Source of the DNA: Octopus sinensis
Lineage: Eukaryota
DNA: 64,000 nt
Direction: 5' to 3'
Assembly: GCF_006345805.1 (NCBI RefSeq)
Contig: NC_043023.1
Location: 434,001 to 498,000 of the forward strand
Shown here: positions 50,530-62,250 of the stretch, in pieces
Position numbering within the stretch: position 1 is the stretch's first letter
Layout: every line of letters begins with the position of its first letter
Translations under genes and position numbers: made by a program
Notes under the pieces: model-generated
What the model was told of the DNA's origin: nothing
The model's database searches: none
The model's input: the letters and a program-made list of their open reading frames with translations, nothing else

Positions 50530-50690
50530 ATGCAACAAGGTTCTTTCAGTTTTCGTCCAACTAATTCACTAACTTGGCTTTGGTCATACCAAAGCTATAG
50601 TTGAAATCACTTACGCAGGATGTCACGCAGTGTGATTGAACCGGGAAGCATGTGGTTGAGAAACAAGCTTCTTACCACACAGTCACGCCT
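50530..50690 (-). mobile_element. SINE A 5' module
   Basis: Reverse complement of the A head. Confidence 0.75.
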
Positions 50691-51009
50691 CTAAGTGAAA
50701 TTAGCGCTGTATTTAATGTGGAAATTCTTAAGGGAAACAAATTATTTATTTATTTCGTTCCAATCCCACTTCGCTGGTAACACAATATCTTTTAATTTGA
50801 GAAGAAATGTTTTTCCTCTTTAATTGCATAGAAAAATATATGTATTGTTTAAGAAACAGAAAGCCCCTCATAATTTTTGAACAAGAACAAATGCTTTTTT
50901 TCGAACGTAAAATGTGGAATTGTGAAAGAAATAGTGGACTTCTTTGACACTGGATGACCTGTTTAAGTCTACGGACATAAGATATACACTGGAATTTATA
51001 CTAGCACAA

Positions 51010-51099
51010 CGAAAGAAGAAGAAGGAGTAGAAGAAGAATTGGAAGAAGAAGAAGAAGAAGAAGAAGAAGAAGAAGAGAAGAAGAAGGAGAAGAAGAAGG

Positions 51100-51164
<65 letters not shown>

Positions 51165-51324
51165 AAGAAGAAGAAAAGAAGAAGAAGGAGAAGAATATAA
51201 GAAGAAGGAGAAGAAAAGGGAGAAGAGGAAGTGGAAGAAGAAGAAGAGGAAGAAAAATTCAATGAAGAAAAAGTGGAAGGAGAGGCAGGAAGAGAAGAAG
51301 ATGAAGCAGAATTGGAAGACGAAG

Positions 51325-51356
<32 letters not shown>

Positions 51357-51360
51357 GTAA
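51010..51360. repeat. (GAA)n/(AAT)n microsatellite
   Basis: Direct inspection. Confidence 0.97.
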
Positions 51361-51583
51361 CTTTTGCTTTGACATTGATACCAAGCAGTACGATCGAAAC
51401 CTCGTACTTGCGAAATGAAAGTTTTCAGAAGAACATTATGCTTACATCTATAAACCACACACATATGTATGTATATGTATGCATGTATTTATGTTTATAT
51501 GCATACATACATACATACATATATATATAATATATATACATATATATACATACATATATATGCATATATTTATATTATATAGC

Positions 51584-51629
<46 letters not shown>

Positions 51630-52201
51630 ATATGTATATATATATATGCATATATATATATATACATACAATACATATATAGATATGTATAGACATATAC
51701 AAATATGCATATATATATATGTGCATGTTTATATATGAATACGAATGCATAAATATGTGTGTGTAAATGTTTATGTGCATAAGTATATGCGTGCGCATGT
51801 ACGTATATGTAAGTTATATAGGTATGTATATACGTATGTATATATTTATATTAATCATTTTATTTCATTAAGAAGCAACAGAAAGAGAAAACTATATAAA
51901 AAATACAATACATATATACAAAAAATATATATACAAAAAATATAATACCAAAAAGAAACGAAGATTTTGCCCCACTGTCAATTCACTTCCCTAATGTAAG
52001 ACAGAAGGTGTTCACGCGTTTACGCTAACTCAATATGGCAGCTATCAAAATATAAAACAGACGATAGAACGGTGAAGGGGAGGGACAGGAGTCGGGGGGA
52101 TGTAAACAGAATAAAGAACAGCCAAACGATGCAGTAATGAACGCTATTCTACTAATTTCGTTTACTGGGTGTATTGGTGTTTGTTCTTTTGTTTGTGTGG
52201 G

Positions 52202-52245
<44 letters not shown>

Positions 52246-52526
52246 TGTGTGTGTGTGTGTTGGGTGAGAAGAATATTTCTTTGCCTGTTTTCGTTATATT
52301 GATGTTATTTTTTCATTGCGATTAAGTGTGTGCGTGCGCGCGCGTTTGTATGTATGTATATATACCATATGTGTGTATGTGGCTATAGAAATAAAAATAG
52401 GTATACAAAAATGTATTTATATACACACAAACAAATATATACACGTACGTACAAACTTAAACATACATGAATATACATATATACATGCATGCATATTTAT
52501 ACATAATATATATGTGATATATATAT

Positions 52527-52594
<68 letters not shown>

Positions 52595-53102
52595 GTACGT
52601 ATATTCATATTTATATATACGTACATGTATGCGTATATGTATAATGTGCATACATACATAGATACGCATGTATTTATATGTCACCTATATATCATTTTTC
52701 ATAAAATCTTGCACAGGTATAAAATGCACATGTGTAATATATATACATACATATATATATATATACATATATATACATATATATAAACGTATACGTATAC
52801 ATATATACACATATATATATACAAATATATATATAAATATATACATACATACAAAATACATACACATATGCATATAATGTGCATACATATGTATATACAC
52901 ATCTATTTAACTAAATACACTATTCTTACATTATTATTCTAAACATACATTTACGTAGCATTACAATTCCTGTAGACACTATTCTTTGTCCCAAATTCCT
53001 CTTAATTTCCTATATATATATAATATAATATATATATATTATATATATATATATATATATACATATGTATGTATGTATATATGTGTGTAATATATGTATG
53101 TA

Positions 53103-53159
<57 letters not shown>

Positions 53160-53225
53160 TATATTATATACTTATTTAAAGCATATTACTCTACCACTGG
53201 TATTTGAGTACTCTTATTTCCACCT

Positions 53226-53260
<35 letters not shown>

Positions 53261-53294
53261 ACTTACGTGTGGCAATGTATTAATGCGTCTATTC

Positions 53295-53372
<78 letters not shown>

Positions 53373-53726
53373 ACACACACAGGCCTGTCTGTGTGTAGGT
53401 ATAATTTCTGTGAAACGTAATGCATTTTTTGTCGTCTTTTCCGGGACTCTTCCCCGCGCAAAGCTTCCGCGCTTCAACACTGCACCAGATATCAACAGCT
53501 GTTGCATTGTTGCATGTTCTGCTCCAAGCAATGTTATCGAATCGTACAAAGTTAACGATATTAGCTGCAAACACCAACTGTTATAATTACTAGAACGCGT
53601 GTTGCCACGTGCATAGTCGGTCGCCAATGCAGATTGATATAAGTTTGTCTTTACTACTTAACGTTATTAAATGCCACGTAACAAAATATCTATACACATA
53701 TATACATGTGTGTATGTGTGTGTGTG

Positions 53727-53772
<46 letters not shown>

Positions 53773-54002
53773 TATCGGTGTGTGTCTCTGTTGGGGAAAT
53801 GGTGTGTGTGTGTGTGTGTGTGTAATCAGACAGGAATGAAACGTAAAATGAATATAAGCTTACAAATGAAATAAATATACTTACATAATATATTGCTTAT
53901 TTCTTTATACAATAAAAAACATAACGAATAATATCAACAATATAAATAACAACAACAACAATAATAATAATAGTGATATAATAATAATAATAATAATAAT
54001 AA

Positions 54003-54034
<32 letters not shown>

Positions 54035-54955
54035 CAACAATAATGGTAATATTAATAAAAATAATAGTAGTGACAATAAAGGTGAAAATAAGTTGTTGTT
54101 GTGGTAGTAGTAGTAGTAGTAGAAGTCACGTGTTAAGTAGTAGTAGTAGTAGTAGTAGTAGTACTAATAACAATAATAATAGCAACAACAACAACAACAA
54201 AAATAATAATAAGAAGAACAATGATAATATTAATAAAAATAATAGTAGTAACAATAATGATGAAAATAATTATAAAAGTTGTTGTGATAGTAGTAGTAGT
54301 AGTAGTAGTAATACTAATAATAACAACAACAGCAATAATGATAATGAAAATGTGACTGATGATAGTGATGATGATGATTATGATGATGATGATGACGATG
54401 ATGATGATGACGATGATGATGATGATTATGATAATAATAATGATAATGTGACTGATGATAGTGAGATGGTGATGATGATGATGATGATGCTGATAAACGA
54501 TAGTGATTGCAAAAGAAATACTTATAGCGTAATAAAATGTAATTTCAAGGTTCATTAGAATAATGCATCTGGTTAATGTTTTTATCCCGGAAGTCTCTTC
54601 TTAATCGTAGTCATCGTCATCATCTTTAGTAGCAGCAGCAGCAGCAGCGGAACCATCTTCTTCTTCTTCTTCTTCTTCTTCTTCTTCTTCTTCTTCTTCT
54701 TCTTCTTCTTCTTCTTCTTCTTCTTCTTCTTCTTCTTCTTCTTCTCTTCTTCTCTTCTCTTCCTCTTCTTCTTCTTCTTCCTCTCTTCCTTCTTCTTCTT
54801 CTTCTTCTCTTCTTCTTCCTCTCCTCCTCCTCCCCTCCTATAAATATTATACATATATAATTATGTATGTATGTATTATGAATGTATGAATGTATGAATT
54901 GATAATGCATATATAATATATAATATATATATATATTATATATATATATTTACTT

Positions 54956-54987
<32 letters not shown>

Positions 54988-55023
54988 CTATAAGTGAATA
55001 TGTGACAATTATTTGGTAGCCAT

Positions 55024-55084
55024 GATGAAACTCCGAGTTTCGGATGCCGAGGTGGAAATTCACGCCACCATCTCTTCAGTTATC
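55024..55084 (-). ncRNA. Degenerate type I hammerhead
   Basis: Minus strand: gauaa CUGAAGA GAUG GUGG..CCAC..CAUC c GAAA CUC g GAG UU ucauc. U17, one extra base at the helix II junction and one helix I mismatch. Confidence 0.5.
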
Positions 55085-55104
55085 CGGCCATCGGAATATA
55101 TATA

Positions 55105-55135
<31 letters not shown>

Positions 55136-55152
55136 ACACACACACACACACA

Positions 55153-55191
<39 letters not shown>

Positions 55192-56069
55192 ACACACATT
55201 CTTTTCAAACTGCCAAACCGATCGATTTCCATCTTCTGTTCCGTAGAATTTCAGAAAGACTCAGAGGATGCTTGTATGCTTGTAAATGCACTTTCGCACA
55301 ATACAGCAGGCATGAATTAGCGTAATCCCTGTCTAAATTGATAGTCCCAGCTTATTTAATTGCATAGATAAACAACCGGAACCTTCCCATTCTTATAAAC
55401 ACCTGCTACACAAGTTACCATCATCACTGAGATAGCTTTTGGCCATTGTATACTCCTTAAAGAGCGATAAGTACGAATTTGTGCCTGTCCATACGTATTG
55501 CTATTCGAGAGATGAAACCACAACAAAACCTATCAAAAGCCAGATATTGAGGCATCCTACAGGCTCTCGGTTGTTTGATTTGCAGCCCATTCAATCCCTC
55601 TACTTTACACCCCATCGTGGACTGCATATACATGCAATTATGGACTGCATATGCAACCAATATGCATAAGTGGAATATATGATCAGAGACTACACTATGT
55701 CCACGGAGTTCCTACTATGAAGTTGGCTTACGTCATTTTGTTGTTTCGTTATTATATTGTGTAATAGTATTTCCCAGGTCTTCTTAGACATAACATTCTT
55801 ATGCCTGTGCATCCAATTTATCTGTGTGTACTTACATGGTTGCGTATCTACGCACAATTGTATACACCTATGTGCCTATTCGTATACACTTATATAGATG
55901 TGAAAGTATCAATTGACAGAAAAGTGTTTAAGTGTAGGTGTGAGCTTATAAACCCACGAAGACCCGCCTAAATTTTAATGTATGTTAACGTGCCTATGTA
56001 TACATATAGTTATATACGCTAGGACTGCGTGATTATGTGTGTGAGTGGCCTATACATATAGACATACAC

Positions 56070-56232
56070 ACACAGGTGCAAGCATGGTTGCATTGTAAGA
56101 AGTGCTCCCAACTACAGGGATCCAGATTTAGTCCCATTGCATGGCACTTTGGCTAAGTGACATCTACTATAGCATCGGGCTGACCAAAGCCTTTTGAGTG
56201 GAATTTGGCAGACAGAAGCTGAGAGAAGACCG

Positions 56233-56235
<3 letters not shown>
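56070..56235 (+). mobile_element. SINE A 5' module, degenerate
   Basis: 'gcaagcatggttgcattgtaagaag...gagtggaatttggcagac'. Confidence 0.7.
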
Positions 56236-56288
<53 letters not shown>

Positions 56289-56320
56289 TTTATTTAAAAG
56301 CAGCAGAACTAGAACAAAAG

Positions 56321-56358
56321 CTGTTACTCAGAGTTTCTCGTTCCTGTCCGTCGGACAG
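56321..56358 (-). ncRNA. Hammerhead-like fold with altered core
   Basis: Minus strand: cugu CCGACGG aca GGAA cga GAAA CUC u GAG UA acag; AATAAA about 25 nt downstream, then (TA)n. Confidence 0.45.
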
Positions 56359-56479
56359 TTTGTGTTAAAATATGCTTTTAAATAAAGCATATTACTCTAC
56401 CTCTGTTATTTGAGTACCCTTTTTTCCACCTTGTTTCACATTTATGTGCTTACTCCGGTATATATATATATATATAGAT

Positions 56480-57015
56480 GATAGATAAATCTTAGCTGCT
56501 TTCTCGTATAAGAGCAAAGCCATTACTAGAAAGAATTACTGAAATGAGTCATTGTTGATGTATGACTCATGAGCCCGGCCAAAGATTGGCACATTCCCCT
56601 GCTTAATACACGAGTGTGCTGGCTGGCAAAAGGAACAGGTAGCACAGTACGAACTCTTTTGACATGTCTTTTCAGTCGTCCAACTGAAAGGCACACCTTT
56701 CCACATGTTGCACTTGTTCTGTTGTGAACAACAGCCATATTACGCTTTACAAAATGTTGATTCCCGTGAGTTCTCTGATGGCCGACCAGGCCTGCACACC
56801 TCAAGCATTTCCTCCCACAAATCACACACACAAAAGGTTCATTCCTTCTAACCCTTGTCTTCACCATCTCATGCTTCATTTTCTCTCTTTCAAACTTCGA
56901 ACAATCACTGTACACTTTCTTTTTGCATCCATCTTGGTCTTGTGCCTTCCTCTCCTAATAAACAACTGAAACTCCTGTCTGGCTGAGAGCAATTCTGAGG
57001 CAGTCCTTGAACCTC
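56480..57015 (-). mobile_element. RTE-like LINE 3' fragment with tandem C2H2 zinc fingers
   Basis: 'FEREKMKHE..KTRVRRN' linker, then CVICGRKCLRCAGLVGHQRTH and two decayed fingers; 3' end in a TA tract. Confidence 0.65.
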
Positions 57016-57050
57016 GTTTTTGTGTGTATATATATATATGCATGTTTGTT

Positions 57051-57310
57051 TGAGGCGTGTGGCTTAGTGGTTAGGGTGTCAGCATCATGATCGTAAGATT
57101 GTGGTTTCGATTCCTGGACCGGGCGACGCGTTGTGTTCTTGAGCAAAACACTTCATTTCACGTTGCTCCAGTCCACTCAGCTGGCAAAAACGGGTAACGC
57201 TGCGATGGACTGGTGTCCCGTCCAGCTGGGGAACACATACGCCATTGAAATCGGAAAACCGGGCTCGTGAGCCTGGCTAGGCTTTAAAAAGGGCGCATTT
57301 ATTTATTTTA
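57051..57310 (+). mobile_element. SINE family D
   Basis: Near-identical to 42998-43262. Confidence 0.9.
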
Positions 57311-57339
57311 TATGCATGTATGTATGTAATGTGTGTGTG

Positions 57340-57590
57340 TTGTGTGTGTGTTTGTTTCTCACATCTGCTTGACAACTTGTCTTGGTGTGTTTGCGCCCGC
57401 GTAAAATGGCGGTTCGACAAAAGAAACTGATAGAATAAGTACCAGGATTAAAAGACAAAAGTAAAATTAAAAAAAGTTAAAAAAAGACAGCAACAAAAGT
57501 ACTGGGAACGATTCACTCGACTCATATTCTTCAAGACCATGCCACAGTATGTCCGCAGGCTGATTACTGAAAGGAGTAAACGATAAAAGA
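57340..57590 (+). mobile_element. SINE A 3' module
   Basis: Similarity to the A tail. Confidence 0.75.
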
Positions 57591-57717
57591 TACATACCAG
57601 ATGTATTAAATTCAGTCTGCAGAACTGAAAGAGCATTAATTTCAACTGTTTAATTGAATGCTTTCTAACCATCGTGACACGAATTTCGTTGATGCAGGTG
57701 ACAATTAAGTAACGCAT

Positions 57718-57756
57718 GGTGTTGACAAGCCTTAGCAAAGGCGAAACGCATCTGTC
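57718..57756 (+). ncRNA. Hammerhead-like motif with U3-A8 core
   Basis: UUGACAA GCCU uagcaa AGGC GAAA CGCA UC uguc; helix I mostly G-U pairs, 15.2-16.2 is a C-A mismatch. Confidence 0.45.
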
Positions 57757-57930
57757 GTTCTTATGAGTCAACGCGGCCGCGAAGTGCGTCTCGCTTCGAT
57801 AACAAAGCGATGTATATCGTGTTTTTTTTAACACGAGTCTAGGTAGAGATTTTATCTCATTCAATTTCCTAGTATCAGCCTTCCAGCGGTATGTATCATA
57901 ATACACGCAGTATGATACAGAGGTGATACC

Positions 57931-58013
<83 letters not shown>

Positions 58014-59463
58014 GATATTTCCCCCACCATATAATGTCTTCCTCGCAGACTCATCCCGCATACACACTTATAAATTTTCTTTTTTTATTTCCTCTTGATA
58101 TTTTCCTAACAACAAGGTCTGAAAGACGCACAGTGTAATAGCACACCTTTGATGCAAGTCTGGGGGAGTGGCTCTCCAGTGCCTAAAACCATTGATTTTT
58201 CTTTTAGAATTTTCGTGCAAACTGGAGTTGCAAATGGAAATAGTCCGAAAATATTTGTAACTTACTGTCAACGATGTGTTAAAGAATTTTCTTTGTCTTC
58301 TTCTCATTGGTATATATATATAAACCAATGAGAAGAAGCAGACAAACCTAGTATCAATAAAGACTGATACCTGGTATTAGCTAAAGGAATATTGATGTTA
58401 TCGTGTTCTACCCTCCTGATCATAGTATTTATAAGGGCCTTTATATAAGTAAGCCTTCTAATTAAGTATCCATTTAAAACTTTAAATATCATGTATGGAG
58501 TATGGAGTAACGCTAACAACTTCTAAAATCTATAACATTCCTCTTAGTTTTAAAATTAGTATAAAATTCGAATGTCCTATAACATCAATATTCCTTTAGC
58601 TAATACCAGGTATAAGCCTTTATTGATACTAGCTAAATAAGTAAAGATATAATTTTTAGTTTAGGATAAAAAGTTTGGTATATACTCAAAAGTATTAAAA
58701 AAAACAACCTTTTTATCCATTTGTTATAATATTCTTCTTAATAATCTTCTGAATAACCCTGAATTTTAACTTTATACAATATGGCAATATTGTTTAAAAT
58801 ATTTTACTATAGTACCACATGATAACATTTCTCCTGTTTCATTATCAATGGTCTTACAATTGGCTTGCCCCTTTAATTATCAGTTAACATCTTGATTTAA
58901 GATTTCCTTTACCAAAGCTCATTATATTGCTTCAAATAAATCTTGATAGTTTTTTTTATGACTATACCCACTATGATTTCTGTCGACTCCCTCAGACCCC
59001 TTCCTAACAGGCACTACTCCTTGTTCTTTTGGCCTTAGATATACAAAGATTTGATAAAAACTAGTCAATAAATTAAAACTGACCCCATAAAACAGTGACA
59101 AGCAAAACCTGTAACGAGTCTTTCTTCCTGATACCTTAGTAGTTTCTAAGCTGAAGTGAAGACAGCATGTTCTTTGTCCATCTCCTGACCTTCTTGGAGA
59201 TTTTAGGTATAATTATACTAATGTGTCCATCTGTTTTAATTTAATTAAATTCTATGTCTTTATGTAGCTGAGGATTGCACTGCATTTAAATTCATGTAAT
59301 GATTGCATTGTTCAATTAAATGGAGTTGCTTGAAACGATCGTACTGCATTACCTCTGGATATCCTTGTTGCTTATTTTGGTTTTAATCACCTTACTTTGA
59401 AATTGTATGGATAATACCGTACTAAATTCTGGTGCCTCAACTTAAGTTCCATTTTCATCTGAA

Positions 59464-59578
<115 letters not shown>

Positions 59579-59649
59579 ATTAAATACAAACAAATGACTG
59601 AAAAATGACGATCTAACCTCAGGCAGAATCGAACCCACAAATCAACGCT

Positions 59650-61310
59650 TACACGGCTCCTTGTACATCCGACATTTATCCTGATCAAACTCCAACCATC
59701 TGAGAATGTTGTAACTAGATCAAGGCTCTTTTTAATATCACGCATACTTTTTCCATGAAGTTTCAAGTCACAGTATCTGCAAAGATACTGTGTAATTTTG
59801 ATATTTCTGTTTCCTTGTGAACCGATGAGATATCCTGCTCATTTCCTTAATATGAATAACAAGGGGGGTTACAAAAGTATAAACGACATCACAGAGAGGC
59901 TGTCCCCTTGGAATATGCCTTTGTGATTCTGTATTCTATCAGTGATAATACAGTCATTCTTCGTGTTTAATTTCAAGATGGTGGTCCACGATGAAGTCAG
60001 GTCAGCTTATCCATACAATTTCAAAGTAAGGTGATTAAAATCAAAATAAGCAACAAGGATATCCAGAGGTAATGCACTACGATCGTTTCAAGCAACTCCA
60101 TTTAACAAGTTGAAGGGCTTCTAGCATCGATGAGCGGGGAACAAAATCAAAGGATTTCTTGTAGTTTAGCCACATTGAAACTAGATTCCTCCTATGCTCT
60201 CGCACCTCTGACATCACAGTTTTGTTGATTAACGGTTGCTCGGTACATCCCCAGACTCCCTTCTTCTCAGCTGTTTTATTCTGCTGTGATGATGTTATTG
60301 GTTTTACAATGTTCCTGGAGGTAGAGATTTAAACATGCTGAAAATATTTTATACATTGGCCGGTAGGTTTTGCCATGTAGGTGGTTCTGCAGTTGGGAAT
60401 CAGTTTTGTCTCTGCCAGAGCTAACCATTGTGGTATGCTACTGTTCCCAATGAGAGCTTGCTTGTACAGCTTAATAAGACATGGTCTGTAGAATGTTAGC
60501 TTCTGGTACCAATATCCAACAACCAATTCTCTTCCAGGTGTTTTTCCATCCTACACTTTCTGGATCACAGTTGCAAGAGTTTCACCATCAATGCTGTATG
60601 TCTTGGATGTAACGCAGGAGCAATAAATTCTTCGGATTTCTTCCAGCCACAGAATATCTTGGTTAAACTCCTTCTCTTCACTTTAGATTTTCCTCGTGAA
60701 GAAGCTTCCATGATGTTCACTGCTCCTCCTCTCATGTCTCTGTATACCGCTGCCTGGTTGCGATTAAATGTTTTGTTTATTGTTCTTCTCTCGGTTATTC
60801 TCTTCTGATGTCGGAGTTTCTCACTGACAGCTTTTAGCTCCTGCTTGAGGGTAATCAGTTTGCAAGTGAGTGTCCTCTTTTTGCTGTCTCTAAACATCAT
60901 TCCTATCTCCTTTACTTTCCGTTGGCGGGATGTATAGTGATTTTCTTGTTTGCATGCAATAAGCATCATTACATGACTGATGGTCTTCCGTAAACCAGAT
61001 ATCTTTTTCTCAGCCATGATGATACTTTCTTTGTTATTTCGGTTTTGTTTACTTTTTCAATATCATTCATGTACTGTTTTACAGTAGTAGCCAGAACATA
61101 CAGACAGGCGTTAATCTGCCAGTATGTGGGTTCATCACACTGTAGTAAATACTCATCACCAATTTCGTTAACAGCTTTTAATACCGTATCGAGTGTTTTT
61201 TTTACTTACTTTGGTAGACAATACTCTCTCCTCGAGAGAGTACTTCAAAGCCAAAGTTATTTGTTCTCGGAAAATTTCAGTAAGGGCACATTTCACCGGT
61301 ATATGATCTT
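59650..61310 (-). mobile_element. R4/Dong-clade non-LTR retrotransposon fragment (N-terminal region plus part of RT), decayed
   Basis: 'WQINACLYVLA', 'LKQELKAVSEKLRHQKRITERRTINKTF', 'GKTPGRELVVGYWYQKL...IPQWLALAETKLIP', and RT motif 'KGIFQGDSLS...DLKLHGKS...LDLVTTFS'; stops, frameshifts and a foreign segment at ~60000-60320. Confidence 0.82.
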
Positions 61311-61311
61311 G

Positions 61312-61342
61312 ACTACTACTACCACCACCACTACCACCAACC

Positions 61343-61403
<61 letters not shown>

Positions 61404-61417
61404 GCACTACCCCCACC

Positions 61418-61496
<79 letters not shown>

Positions 61497-61538
61497 GCAC
61501 TACCCCCACCACCACCACCACTACTACTACTACTACTA

Positions 61539-61591
<53 letters not shown>

Positions 61592-61615
61592 GCACTACCA
61601 CCACCACCACTACTG
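61312..61615. repeat. (ACT)n/(ACC)n microsatellite
   Basis: Direct inspection. Confidence 0.97.
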
Positions 61616-61895
61616 CTCCTGCAGTTAATTCATCTCAAGATTAACCAGTTATTTAACAAGGCTGATAGTTATGGCTCTAAAGTTGGGGATAGTACTCATC
61701 GCATTTTCGATAAAGAGTCTCCCACGCTTCGAGTTCGCTATGTATGTATGTATGTATGTATGTATGTATGTATGTATGTATTTTATGTATGTATGTATGT
61801 ATATAAATGTATATGTAAGTATGTCTATGTATGTATATCTATTTATGTATATGTGTATATGTATATATGTAAGTATGTATGTTTATGTATATATG

Positions 61896-61930
<35 letters not shown>

Positions 61931-61943
61931 GTATATATATATG

Positions 61944-61986
<43 letters not shown>

Positions 61987-62014
61987 GTGTGTGTGTGTGG
62001 TGTGTGTGTAAAAA

Positions 62015-62250
62015 AATACAAACTGGGACAAGAACGCAAAGCATTTAGAAGACGATACAAAACACGGACGGGACATTCGAAGCCTTCAATCTTCAGTCAA
62101 GAACCGGATCATCCTCGCAATTTCGGCTGATTAATCTTGAGATTGCTCCGATCTGGCCAGCCCCAAAGGAAAATCTAAGCCAAGCACATTAGATTCCTTG
62201 GAAGAAAGCCTCGAATGTATACAAAACAAGGACGGAAAAACGGACGATAT
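62015..62250. repeat. Dispersed repeat between TA/TG tracts, related to 26147-26411
   Basis: Shared 'gggacaagaacgcaaa', 'aaggacgg' and 'tcctcgcaatttcggctg' segments. Confidence 0.75.

Noticed and set aside
51370-51410. GAAAC-CTC-GTA hammerhead 3' half
   Set aside because: No CUGANGA core upstream.
55380-55760. Short ORFs in a unique island (55439-55669 plus, 55457-55660 minus)
   Set aside because: No recognisable domain or convincing splice-site pair.
58520-59030. Apparent long minus-strand frame if TAA/TAG were read as Gln (alternative genetic code or contaminant)
   Set aside because: Stop density is about what AT-rich random sequence gives, in-frame TGA also occurs, and no recognisable protein results.
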